DNA of 64,000 nt from Raillietiella orientalis. Lineage: Eukaryota. The DNA lies in contig JAYWIR010000036.1 of NCBI GenBank assembly GCA_036172245.1, forward strand, positions 124,001-188,000, given 5' to 3'. The translations under genes were made by a program, and so were the position numbers. Positions 1-11,749 of this stretch are shown here, piece by piece (the first letter of the stretch is position 1; each line of letters begins with the position of its first letter). The notes below the pieces were generated by a model. That model worked only from the letters and a program-made list of their open reading frames with translations. It had not been told where the DNA came from and searched no databases.

Positions 1-399
1 TATGTAGATTTGCAATTTGTGAGCTCAATTCTGTGGTAAGAGGCAAAAAGCTCTCTTGTGCCATTTTTCGCTTCCTTTTTTTTCCCCCCAGGTAACTCAC
101 GCCCAGAAGTCGCGTTTAGATAGGTACATGTACGGAAATGTCATGTGAAACTGTGCAAATAATAATAAATCGAAGGAATCGTAGTCAGTGTGCCTTCATC
201 GGGCTCGTTCCCATAGTAGAATGAATAGCTAGCCGATGGCTACTAACTGGATTTTTTCCTTTGCGGAGAAGAAAAGGCGGTCTCCACGCGCTAGTGTTTT
301 TCAGAAAAGGACGATAAGAAGAAAAGGGAGCGCTCAAATTTTCGTCTCTCTGTCTTCGTGGGAGCTGACTGTTCGAAAGTCGAGTTGTGTCCATCGACC

Positions 400-2420
400 T
401 TCAGGGGTCATTCTACAGGCTTTCTTCCAGTGACCGTGAGGCTGCGTAGGCAATTCGTCATTAGACAGATGGGTGTTGGTTCACCGGCTCTAAACACTAC
501 TGGCCTGCCTCATGGTCAGCAGTAGCTACCAAAAACCAATCGAGAGAGAAAATGCTCCCAACTGCTTCTTCCACTCCCAAGTCTCACAAATCAGAGGATT
601 CGGGAAGTGCAGGAGGATACGCTCTCGTGCCTGGACCTCCTCCCAAATTTACACATTCGCCTCGAACGCGCAAATAGTTTCGTCGCGCTTGCTGAAGACC
701 AGTGGTCCGTGCGCCTTCGAGACACAAATCCGATCCTCCCGCTGCGAGAGGAGCAAGCGTACGGGACCGAGTTCTTCAGGATCCAGGACGCTTCCATCCA
801 GCTCTTGCGAATTTCAAAGGATGACCTTCCGTCAACCTTCTTCCTAGCGTCCCGGCGACGATCGTAATTTGAGCACGAGGGAGGCGCCAGCTAATGCACG
901 CGCGCGCGCTCGCGTTCCGCCGCATCCAGCAGAGCGAAGGACCACGAACAAGGTGTTCCGCTGTTCACGGAAGAGCACTGATTTCTTCGGCATAGGGAGA
1001 GGACATCTTTTTCCTTGCTATTGGATGCTCCCTTGAGCCGAGCTTGAGATGTCAGGTGTTTTCCCAGCATCCCCTACTCCAGTGGTGATACAGTCCATGA
1101 TCTTCCCTTAAGCTAGAATCCACTTCTATTGCGAAGCTGGACGGCAGCTGCGTGCTCGCAAGCAGAGCGCAGGCAGCGTAGGCTTCCCATTCCTTGCACC
1201 CGTTTGGTATCCATAACAAAGAACGCGGCGATCATTTGGATACGACCAGCACCACCAACTTCCTTGGCAGCATCACCAGTTCCTCAAGTGCACAAATTAT
1301 TCACAGGCACAGGGGGCCGTTGACGAAAAAATGACTACATGCAGGACTCATATGAGACCCCATAATCGGAGTGATTGCATTTTCAATCCTCTAACGAGGG
1401 TACCTAATGGAGGGCCGGTAACCGTGGTCATTCCTGCTCCATGAGTTTTTATGAGTACTCCAAATATGTTGCGGTTAAAAAGCTCGCAGTTGGATCTTGG
1501 CCTTGTAGTTGACCATCGCGTAGGAATGCGGTTCTCAGGGGGAGAAGGAAACTCTCCTCCCAGCGCCTCGGAGATGTGACGTGGAGATCTGACGTCGAAG
1601 ACGAACAGGTGATATGAGTTGAGATTGTGGAGGAAGGTATGGCTCCTTGTTCCTCCGAAGTGAACTTTGAATTCTTGCCCACATCTCGTGTGTACGGATT
1701 TTCGAGTTACGAATTAGTGCCGGGAGGCAGTAATAATGCAAAGAGAACATCCGTGGCAATCCCCGGTCCAGAAGCACATCCGCCGAGGGAAAGCCATGCA
1801 GTGTGTGGGCATGCACCAAGCCTCAAGCTTCCTCCTCACCATTGGTGATCACCTGAGATTCTAAGACTAGAGATTCATCTACGCAGCCCGCATAAACGTC
1901 CTACCAGTCAGGGATGACCTCAGCGTAAAACCAGAGGAATGCGCATGTCTACGCTGCCGGACGGAAGACGAAACGTTATCTCACGTAGTAAACAGATGCA
2001 GGAGGCACTTTCATCTGTCCATTGCGCAACACGGCACGCTTCAAGAGGTGATCAGCATGGCCGCGGTGGATGAAGCAAAGTGGACCCTAGTGTCCACTAA
2101 CCAGAGAGCTTCGGGAGCGGAATCCCCCTTAAGACCGAAACTAGCGATGAAGAAAGGAAACCAGGTAATAGTACTGGACGTCTGCTGCTCGTTCGAGGGT
2201 GGAAGAGAGGCCTTCAGCACAGCTAGGAGGAACAAGCTGGAAAAGTACAACGAAGCAGACCTCCAGCTTGGCAGAGAGGGGAAACAATGAAATGTGCATG
2301 CTCTCATCGTTAGCTCACTGGGAGCCTGAGGACCCAGATAACGAGGAGGTGCTGCAGGATCTTGGAATTCCTAAGAAGCACTCGGAGAGGATGTTTGAAC
2401 CCGGTTGCTCCAGGATGTTT
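400..2420 (+). mobile_element. Decayed RLE-type non-LTR retrotransposon, NeSL/Utopia-like (RT C-half, CCHC knuckle, restriction-like endonuclease)
   Basis: ILPLREEQAY (about 730-760); GKAMQC...LRF*D*RFIYAARINVLPV; CLRCRTEDETLSHVVNRC (1947-2000); LRPKL...VLDVCCSFE...AR.NKLEKY; DPDNEEVLQDLGI. Order and motifs match recalled Utopia/NeSL ORFs; many stops and frameshifts. Start approximate. Confidence 0.82.
1285..1497 (+). pseudogene. Degenerate 18S rRNA fragment (region around the 530-loop equivalent, upstream of V4)
   Basis: Collinear blocks gcacaaattat, tgacgaaaaa, ggactcatatgagaccccataatcgga, aatcctctaacgagg, tggagggc, ccgtggtcattcctgctcc and tgttgcggttaaaaagctcgcagttggatct match recalled eukaryotic 18S with substitutions and indels. 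Confidence 0.8.
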
Positions 2421-2779
2421 ATTTTGAAACAAGAACAAAATAAACTACAAAGAGGAGGGGAAGAAGGGTATTCATCCGGAAACATGAAACTGCAAAAAAA
2501 AAAAAAGTTCAGTCGAGATGACTACTGACGAGTGAGCCAGCTTCCGAAAACTAGGGAACAGAGGAAGGAGACAATAAATAAAAAAGTCGGGAGGATGGGG
2601 ACAGGAGTAACATTCCTTAATTTTCAGAAGCGACTGTGGATGTTGGCCATCTCCATGGCGACTTCTGGCAGCGAACGTATTCCAGCACATGGCAGACTGT
2701 CACGATGGCGCGGTTGCAGCCGAACGTTGCAATCACAGCGCCTTTCTTAAGTCCGCTTTCTGTGGAAAAATCACCGCAG

Positions 2780-3100
2780 CAAGTCCGTTGCAGTGTCCTG
2801 CGGTCTACGGAGAGCCGAGGCCGAGGTCTCCGCTACAAGTCCGCGAGGGCGCTGCAATCCAACAGGAGGTGCGGGAGAGATTCCATCGCCCCGTACCTGG
2901 AACAGTTCGGGAAGGCAGCTCCCACGGAAAGCAGGTGTCTGCGCTGATCGCACTGGAATCCCCAGTGCAGAAACAGCAGAACTCGGAAAAGATAAGGCAC
3001 TGGATAGTGGCCATCCGATGCTCCAGCGACACCTATGCAGCCCACGTCACTCGAAGGACCGACAATCAGATGCAGCCGGAGAACTCCAGCTATGAGCTCC
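2780..3100 (+). mobile_element. Possible Ty3/gypsy RNase H relic
   Basis: Across frames, ERFHR/PYLE...ALIAL...KIRHWIVAI...HVTRRTDNQ resembles FRPYL...RL.RW...H..G..N; heavily decayed. Confidence 0.3.
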
Positions 3101-3349
3101 CGGGAGACGGCGAACAAAGAGCCGAGGAAGCCAGAAGCTGAGGAGCGACGAGTGCCCCAGATGGACAGATGAAGAATTCCGGAAGGATGTCAAGAGCCTC
3201 CCGGATCGTTGTACAATTGTACATCTAAGCAACGAAACCCGACTGTTTTTCTTGTAAATATTTTTTCACAACAGGCGCCCCGGGGCGTGACCGGGTGAAA
3301 AGCAAAGAACATCAAATAGAGAACAGGCAGGAAGAAGACTTCAGAAAGT

Positions 3350-6300
3350 AAATGATATGCAGAAGCAACCAATGCTCACGGAAGATGTACTGGCACCACG
3401 GGTTGGGCTTCCGGATGGGAGCCACCGACATAGCGAAATTCAAGACTTCTTTGAGTGCAAAGATGCGGCAACTTTGGACCGCAGGCATTTTCGTATGGCT
3501 TTCCTAGGAGTTTCTTTAGCATTCATCATCCGATGAAAGAGATTCCCTACCCTGCTGGTTGGCAACCACCGCCCTTTCCCTCCCACAGGGGGGATAGCAA
3601 TGCAGCTATGGGGTGGCAGTGGCTAGGGAATACTTCTTCCGGTTCTTGCTCATTTCTTCCAGGGTAACTGCTCCCGTGGGGCACATCAACTCTCAGTGTA
3701 TATGACGCGGACCCAGGTGCCTACCACTGCCTCCTGCAGACGAGGGTCGTAGATAGTGGGGAGGCAGGACATCCAAGGACATTCTTCCCACAAGGCAGCA
3801 GCCAATCTGCTTCACAGGGTACCGAGAGCGCCTTCATTCGACCTCGGTTGAGAGGTAGCAAGGGCGCCGTTCCTTCGCAACCGGCTGCGGGTCTCGGGAT
3901 TCCGCGCGCAGGCAGGCACCAAGGCCGCGTCTAGTCCTCGGCTGTCGAGGCCACCGTCCCAAAGTGGAGCTGCTGCAGCTCCATCTTCTTTGAGGTCAGG
4001 ATGCCGAGTCCCGCATCCTTTCGTGGTGCGACGAGGTGTCCTCGTGTTATCCCTAGCGTTTCCCTCAGGAAGCCGTCCATCTGACGCCTCGTCTCTACGG
4101 CGGGAGCGAAAGCAAAGAGAAAGGTCTCAAGAAGGAGACTCCGAGGACAGCCCGAAAGAAGGTCCGCCTCGGAAGGATGGGGGAGGGGGGGGGGGGAAAC
4201 TCGTCATCGTCGAACGGTATTAGCGTGACCACTGCCTCCTGGAGGTAGCTGGACCAGACCTTTGCGGGCCACAGGTCCTCCTAAGGGCACCACTGGAACG
4301 AGGGGAGGTGACCCCGAGCGGAGTCAAGCGCAAGGAACGGCACCCTTCCTGCACCTGCCACCGGGCCATGTTGTCCTCCGGCCGGAGTGAGAACGTTAGG
4401 TAACGGTCCTCCACCTCCTGGCGGCCAATCCCGGAAGGCTCTGTTGATGCGCCTCTTCGCGCGAAGCGAAGTCGGTCTGCCGCCGCAACCTCGCGGCACC
4501 GCGCAGCCTCTGCGGCTCAGTCGAGAATCAAGAAGAGTCGCTGCCTGGAGTGACGCTGGAGTGCGACGCGCGACGACGACGGACTAGCCATCTGGTTCGC
4601 CCGCCTGCTTCCTCAGGACAGCCACGAGGTGTCGGCTCCCGGGACGGCACGAGAAGGAACTTGCTGTCTCATCCCGAACAGGATGCACGCGCAAAAGATC
4701 CGTTCCCTCCTCCGCCCAAGCAGGCAGTTTCTTTGGCTTACAGCGGTACCTCGGTACTCGACGGTTTCGGAACTCCTCAAACTCAGTACTCGTCGTATTT
4801 CGACGAAAAAAATGTTTCGGTGCTCGGGGCGTTCTCGGAACTCGACACCTCACTCTGGAGATGGAACAAATGAACGCTTTCGTCTCGTGATAGCTCGCGA
4901 ACAGTGCCCAACACTTCCACAGAATGCCTCCCGAATCGTTCCCTTTTTTTCTTTCTGTGCATTTTAAGCGTCGATCGTGGGTCCTACAATGATTAAAAAT
5001 GATACCACGAAGCCTAGAAAAGGAACTTGTTCGGTACTCGTCGGTTTCGACACACGTCACGAGTTCCGAAACGAACTACCAAGGAGTACCGAGGTACCAC
5101 TGTATTTGTTTTCATGTCCTTCCAGTCCGTCCGTTTCCGCCGTGGAAGCTGACCAACCTGAGGTCGGCTGACCCTAGCGGCGTCATCGTCTTGAATCATC
5201 GGGCTTGGCAGGATCTGGCCGTTCCACCTGATGCTCGCATCCGTACGTTCCCTGCTCTTCCTCCAGTGAAGCCCTCAGCGCGACCGGATAACACGACGCT
5301 TCGCACGATACGGGAGGAAGACGCGGCGAGAGGGCCGGAGTGGAACGCGGAGACGGAAGCGGATCATGCGGCTTGCGAGGGAGGAGGACGGTAGGGCAGG
5401 AAAGCGAAGGGGGGAGTTCTGGACCCTCGACGCGCCCGAGAGGCGAGCAGGGACTCCCACGGGTCCCGGCGCCAGGGCGAAGAAGCAGTCCGAAGGAAAG
5501 TCCAGTGATCGACTTGGAAAGAAGCGAAGGTCGGCGGAGGGGCTATGGGGATGGGAATGTTGTCGGCAGCAGCATGCAAGGACAGGGAGGGTCCCCGTCG
5601 GTAGGGCGGGGAGGAAAGGGGATTTAATGCCTGCGGCAGTAACAAGGAAGGAGAGGGAGAACCCCAATCGGTGCGAAGCGTCCAGCAGGAAGCTGCCTTG
5701 GGTATGGCGAGGTGAAGGAGAAGGGAGCAGACCGCCATGGAGCCAGGCGTGCAGTCGCAGCCGTTCATCTCCGAACGCAGCCGTGGGAGGGGAAGGTGCG
5801 TTCCGATCCCACGGGGAACCACGCGAGGGTCCAGGGAGCGAATGCGACAGCCGAAGGCGAGCGTTTCCGTTTCCGACAATCCGCCCGTCTTGCAGTCTGA
5901 GCCCCGTCGTCGCGCAGGCATTCTCTGTCGGGAGCTCCAGTGAGCGAGAATGAGTCGGGAGGAGGGGGCGGGGAGGCATCCGCAGCCAGGAACGAAAGGG
6001 GCGGAAGAGGGATAGATCCACGACCCAGAGTGTCCATCCAGCAGGAGGGGCGAGGCGAGGGGATGGGGAGCGGGGTAAGAGCTCGCCGTTTGTCTCATGA
6101 GCTTCTCCGGGACGGACAGCGCGGTGACGGCTGGTTGCCTTGCCGACGGAAGGGTGGCACGTGTATGCCGAGGGGCGAGAGGAGCGTGGTTGGATGAGAA
6201 GCAGGCCGCCAGAGCGCACTCCCCTGATGCGGGAGGAGGGCGAGGGCGGCACCGGGTTCCCGTGGGGAGGCGAAAGGCAAGCCTCAGGGAGAAGCGTCGG

Positions 6301-7600
6301 CTGGAAGGAGCGAGGGACGACACGGGTCCGAGACGGGGGCGGGGTTCCGTGGAGAATCCTTGTTTCCCTTGAGAAGGAGGACGTACCTGACGATGCGGAA
6401 CCGAAGGGCAAGGGGACGAACCAATAGCGCAGCGAGTAGGGACCGCGCCCTCGGACTTTCCGCCACCACCGGGTCCGGCCTTCGGGCGTGGAAGCGAAGG
6501 GTTCCCGGAGCATGCCGGAGGAGGGGGGGGGGGCGCGTGTGTCGAGCTCGGGGATAGCCCCACCCTTTTCTGCTAGCCGGCGCATCCCCCCCGTGTGTGA
6601 CTGACCGCTTACCCGAGCCGCCTCGCCTCTTCGCTGCTGCGACTGAGGCGGCGGTTCTCGGCAAACGTTGTTCCCCGCAGAGCTGCGTTTGGCGACCTCT
6701 CAGAACTCGAGTTTCTGGTGCGCTTCGCAGCCGGGAGATGTCTCTAAGTCGTCCTCGGATCTACTGCCTAGCGGATTCTCGATGGAGGGGAAGGTGAGGG
6801 GCGGAGACTCTTCCTTCCATCTTCAGGTGAATGAGAAGCAGAGCCCAAAGGGAGAGGACAGTCCTCTTGCACTGGAAATAGATAACGAGGACTCTGGAGC
6901 ACCTCATAAGGAGGACGAAGGGGAACTAGAGAGGTAAGAACAAGGGAGGAGCGCAGACCAACAAGTAGAGGACGGAGAGATCAAGCCCGCGTGGTGCCCC
7001 TTGGAAGGAACAGCGTCCCAGCTCAGTGATCTCCGCTGGGCTAGGTCTCCGCTCGGTCTTCCTCCGGCAGCTGCAGCCGCTTCCGGGGCACTGGCAAAGA
7101 GAACCCCAGGACTGGTGCATTTGTGGAGGGTTCTTGCGGGAGGCCCCTGATGCAGACAGTTTTGCTCGGATGCTGAGGAACTCTCGCACTTGCATCCTCC
7201 CCCAGTGTGGACCCTTACCGAGTGCTCGAGGGTTTTCCTGGAGCTTCTCGCACCCCAGCTTGATCCAGACAAAAGTCTGCAAACTCTGGCACAAGTGCGA
7301 CAAATCCTCCTCATTCCCCAAGTGTCCTTTTTCCTTCCCATCTGCGTCCCTTCCTCCCGGCTCCCTGCAAGCATCCCTGCATTCCACCGAGGAAAGGGAC
7401 AACAAACCCCAGGACATCTGAGGTCAGACCACTCCCTCCGGTATCATTCCAGAGACCTCGTGGAGGTGAACCTGGTGCTTTCTGAAGACGGTTGACTTGC
7501 GGTGCTCTCGATGGTCCTGGAAGCGCTGGAGGGAAGTCGATGTCGGCAGGGAGCGTCTCAGAGAAGAGGATCAGAGAAGGGGCACGCACTCTTGGAAAGC
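3350..7600 (-). mobile_element. Decayed L1/Tx1-like LINE (ORF1 knuckle region and RT), interrupted by a MITE
   Basis: GSPSPSLLLPQALNPL and LHAAADNIPI (about 5550-5680) resemble QGCPLSPLLF..LEPL and YADD; VPSREP...PEEAGG (about 4600-4660); Cys/His-spaced LHKCTSPGVLFASAP (about 7080-7130). Boundaries approximate. Confidence 0.45.
4741..5102. mobile_element. Tc1/mariner-superfamily (pogo/Tigger-like) MITE, copy 1
   Basis: TA|CAGCGGTACCTCGGTACTC...GAGTACCGAGGTACCACTG|TA: terminal inverted repeats with TA duplication and no ORF. Second copy at 40163-40500. Confidence 0.9.
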
Positions 7601-8196
7601 GCCCCTTCCCCCCTCCCTACTTCCTCCGCCGCTCGCCAGCTGGTCTCTTCATCTTTGGCTCCTGCCTCTGGCTCCGTCTCGCGGTCGCGTGCACCCGCTC
7701 GTCGCAGGAGGCGCGCTATTGGTTCCGCGAACGAAGAGTTCGCCTCTGGAAGAGCCAAGTTGCCCTCAGAGGATGCACTGAAGACCACGGCGGCATTGGA
7801 GGTCTCTATGGAAACTCTCCAGAGGAAACGGGGGGAAGAGCCACGTTCCCAGCCCTCTGAGAGAGCCTCGCGTGTTCTCCGAGAAGGAAGACTCGCTTAT
7901 GCGGAACTCGGAACATCCGCCTGCAGAGCTTTGGGAAGTCCCTGGAGGCGGCCACAAGTTCTCACGTGCCAGCAGCAGCGGTCCGAGTTGGAACGCCAGA
8001 GAGCGAACGGGATAGCCTTCCGTAGGTACGAGGTCAGCAGCACCGTTGACCGAGGTTCCTGTTTGGACCTCGTCGAGCTCTCACTCTCCAGGTTCTTCAC
8101 GCCTCTTCTCCTCAGAGGTCATTTTTTCGACAGAGAAGGTCGGAAAATGTCGGCTGCGGGAGGTGCGCTTCCGCCGACAGGGCGGCCCTCTGGCCC

Positions 8197-8390
8197 CTGT
8201 GGCGGAAGAACGGTGGGTGTCCCGCGTTGGAGACCGTGCGGCTGCAGCTTCCGTGCGTGGTAGCAAACGTTGCGGGTTCGAATCCCACCCTGGGGAAGGA
8301 TGGACGCTGGAGAAACGGGGGGCACGTCGTGAGTTCGAGTGCCCCCCACGAGATGACGCTGGCTGTCCTTACAGGCTTCGGGTGCGCCAC
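8197..8390 (+). mobile_element. tRNA-derived SINE-like element, copy 1
   Basis: ctgtggcggaa...gggttcgaatccc (B box)...ggggaaggatggacg...agatgacgctgg...ggcttcgggtg, collinear with the reverse complement of 31848-32021. Confidence 0.65.
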
Positions 8391-11300
8391 TGATGGAAAT
8401 CGGACGCCCCCGTTGACTGGCCGAGATTTGGGAGTCGACCCTCCGAGGGCCTTCCAGGAGTCAAGAAACTCTTCCGGGTTCACCCTTCGGCTGAGGAAAT
8501 GCAACCGCTGTCCCCCTCCGCCGCGCACCATGGAGCCAGTGGATCGACGTCTCCCCAGAGTGTGAAGAAGCGCGCTGCTCCTTTCGAGATTCTCTTCAGA
8601 CAGGACAAGGAGAGGTTCTCTTCCGGATTCCCTCCGGATAAGAAACCAGGAGCATCCCCCACAAACCGGGGAACCCTCCGGAGACAATGAGGAAGAGGTC
8701 CCCTTCGGAGACAACCACAGTAGAGGGCTCCCTTAGGGGTTCCTCTACCAAGAGTGAGAGGGGAGGACCCTCCTTCCCTCGGAGCCTTCCTGCATTCATA
8801 GGGAGGTCCCTAAGGGGTCCTTCTAGGAATCAGAGAATCCGTTTCCTTCGGAATTCCCTTCGTAGGCAACTAGGAGGGGAGGTTCCCTCCCACGCGCAAG
8901 AGGGATGGAGCCTCCTTCCCCCGGAGCCTGCCTGGATTCATAGGGTAGTTAAAGAGCTTCGTGAGCCCCGAGGCGAACGGTTCTTAAGCACTCGGCGAAC
9001 CAAAAAAAGACCCCCCAACCCTCTAAAAAAAAAAAAAAAAAAAAGCTGGAAGGGAAGCAGGGAAACAGGAAAGAACCCAAAAGGATTTCCACTATGGGAA
9101 ACCCCGGAAGAGGAGCTCCCAGAGTCTCGGCTCGCCCCTTCCTCGCAGCGGACGCCGCCGCTAGCCCTGCCTGCCTTCAGTGGGCGAGTTGGCGGAGGAA
9201 GCAACAGCAGGGGGGTTGCCTTTGATGTGACCCGGGGGAGAGGAGGAGGGGGGATTTGCAGAGACATCAGCGGAGCGCGCAGAGATCTTCCGAGGTCTCC
9301 TTCCCTTTTTTGTTGGCATCCCCTGGATGCATTGGTCCTTTCCGCCTGGCGAACGCCTGCAGCATTCCTTCGGGAAGGAACGCAGTCCCCCAGCTCGATC
9401 TGCTCCTGTTTTTGTTCCCTTCCTTCCCCTCTCTTCCCGAGGCAGGCACGTGGATCCACCCCGATGCACCTACGGAAACTCACCACTGCCCCCCACCCCC
9501 CATTTCCCTCGCGAGCGACGTCCTCAGCCACGACTGCCTCGCTCTACAACTGGATTCTTTCCCGCGCGGGCTCCGTCAGGTTTCCACATCTCCATCCTTC
9601 CCCGTCCACCCTTCCTCTCCGGGACAACTCGGACCGGCGACTCGCGAAAGTTCCCTCCTTCTGGAAGCAGGGGTACTTTCCCCTCGGCTCAAGGTTTTCT
9701 ACACCCGGATGAAGGCCTCCTTGTGTCTGGCCCGCCGTGCCCGTCTGCGTCGTACAATGGCTGGTACGAATTCTCTCGGAACGCGTGCAGATTTCCTTCC
9801 AGGACATCCTATATGAGGCTGCCCACCGATTCCCCCCGACTGCCTACTGCTGGCTGACCTACAGCCTATTCGCTATTAGCTGTGCATTAGCAGTGAACCA
9901 CTCCCAAGTTATTGACTTTCCCTTTCACCCGTCATTGCTTCTATCGATCCTTTAGTAGTCGCTGGCTCTTGGTTTCTAGCTGCTCACAGCCATTTACAAT
10001 CTATTAGTCATTATCTATTTATTACCTAGTCTCTCATTATTTAGTTAGTTATTTGTGGATTACCTGTCGCTAATTGCAATTAATCGTTGATCAGCAATTC
10101 GTCATTCGCCCATCGGTGATCATCCGGCAGACTGCGCTGCAGGCGGCCATCCCTGATTCCTACGCAAGCGCTCGTTTGCCTTTAATGGAAGTGACTCTTG
10201 CAAAAGCCCCTGACCCCTCCGCTCTCCTGCTGTGGAATGGCGATGAGAAACGCCGCCGCGTCCAGGGGCTTCTAGGCACCCGAATGATGAACGACGTGAG
10301 CAGAACGTTCTTTGGGCGGTGCGGCCTTCGGTTTTCTGGTGGGCGTTCCTCCGTTCCCTCATTCTTTCTCCCGGGAAAGGCCGCCGGTCAGGTGTCGTCT
10401 GCACCCACAGCGCGCGCACCGCCAGCGGCGCTCCGCTGTTCTTTTCCCTCGGCACCCCTCCCCCCCCCCCCTATCACTCAGGGATTGGATCGCAACTGGG
10501 CCTCTTTCACCCGAAAGACACGCGCGGCTGCCTCTCGTTCCCTCACCTTCACCCCCCTACACTCGCCTCCCACCACCGAAGGAAGATGGCGACCATGTCC
10601 AAATTCAGGGGCGCTTCTACCTCGGAACGCGAAAGCAAGTACCACACAGAGGGCATCTGGGTGTTCTCTGATGCACGCTAACGGACACGTTCAAGAACCT
10701 GCTGTTCCTGGTGATTCTTCTCCGTCCAAGACAAAGATGAGGAAGGAATAATAAAAAAAAAAAAGTCATTTCGGGCGAGAAGACACCAAAACTCCTTGAT
10801 TCGGAGAAACCTTCGTTCTGTGCCCTCATCTGGCGACCGTCAGCGCCCTTTCGTCAGGGAGTCGCTGCAATAGCCCTCTGGCAGATCGCAGAACCAGTGT
10901 GAACACGGTACTGCGAGGAATGGGCAAGCACGAAGCGGGATTTTCTTTTTTTTTTTTTTTTTTTTTCTACGCTGGAACCGCTCTTGATAGCCTGCAAACC
11001 GCCTGCTGGAAACCGAGACAGTCTCTCTAGTTCACCATTAAAGTCGCGTAGCAGCCGGAAGGAGTCCAGACTGTCTCCACCCGCCGCCTGGAGGCACTCC
11101 GCCTGTTCACGTTTGTATGCGCTGCCTCCCACATGGAGAAAGGGAGCTCTGTGAAAGGCGCGCCCTCCCAGTTCCGTGGAGGTCGCAAAGACATGCAGCC
11201 AGGCAAAGGAAGCGGACAGCGTCTGCGTGTGGAAATTTCGCGGACGGACAGAAGCACAAAGAGAACTTAAAAACAAAAAAAAAAAACAAAAAACACGCGA

Positions 11301-11749
11301 TACGTGCTGTACGTCACGAAAGCGCATGCATTCGCGATGATGATGACGGATGGAGGATGGATGGCAGGTACCTGAAAGATGAACGACTCATAGAGCGCAG
11401 AGAGGACTGTGAAAGGACACCTGGTCGCTGTGTGAACCAAATGTCCATGCCCACTCCGCTGAACGTGGGAAGGGGGTGGGAGGATTCGTGGAAGAGACTG
11501 AACTCCAGCAGCTAGTGTTCCTCACGCAGAGGTGAACGTTTCATGGTCTCGTGCAAATGAAATCCAACGTCACCAGCACTTTCGAGCCATTAGATTGGAA
11601 AGTTTCTTTTCCCTGCTGCCTTAGGAGTGTGAGCTAATTGGTCAGGCAGTGGATCCGAGCACGAAGGAACAAAGATTGGTGAGGTGTTGCATAGGAGCTA
11701 CGACGGCGCAGTGGCGTTGCACGTAAGCGCCCCACATCGATGGCGGAGT

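Noticed and set aside
6904..7374. HSVRVHTGGGCKC as a C2H2 zinc-finger gene
   Set aside because: No repeated C2H2 spacing; its position fits decayed LINE ORF1 knuckles better.
8268..8292. GGTTCGAATCCC as a tRNA gene
   Set aside because: No cloverleaf can be built; it is part of a dispersed repeat.
10064..10310. Minus-strand exon ending at CAG|gtaat
   Set aside because: No convincing acceptor or coding frame; at most an unsupported UTR exon.
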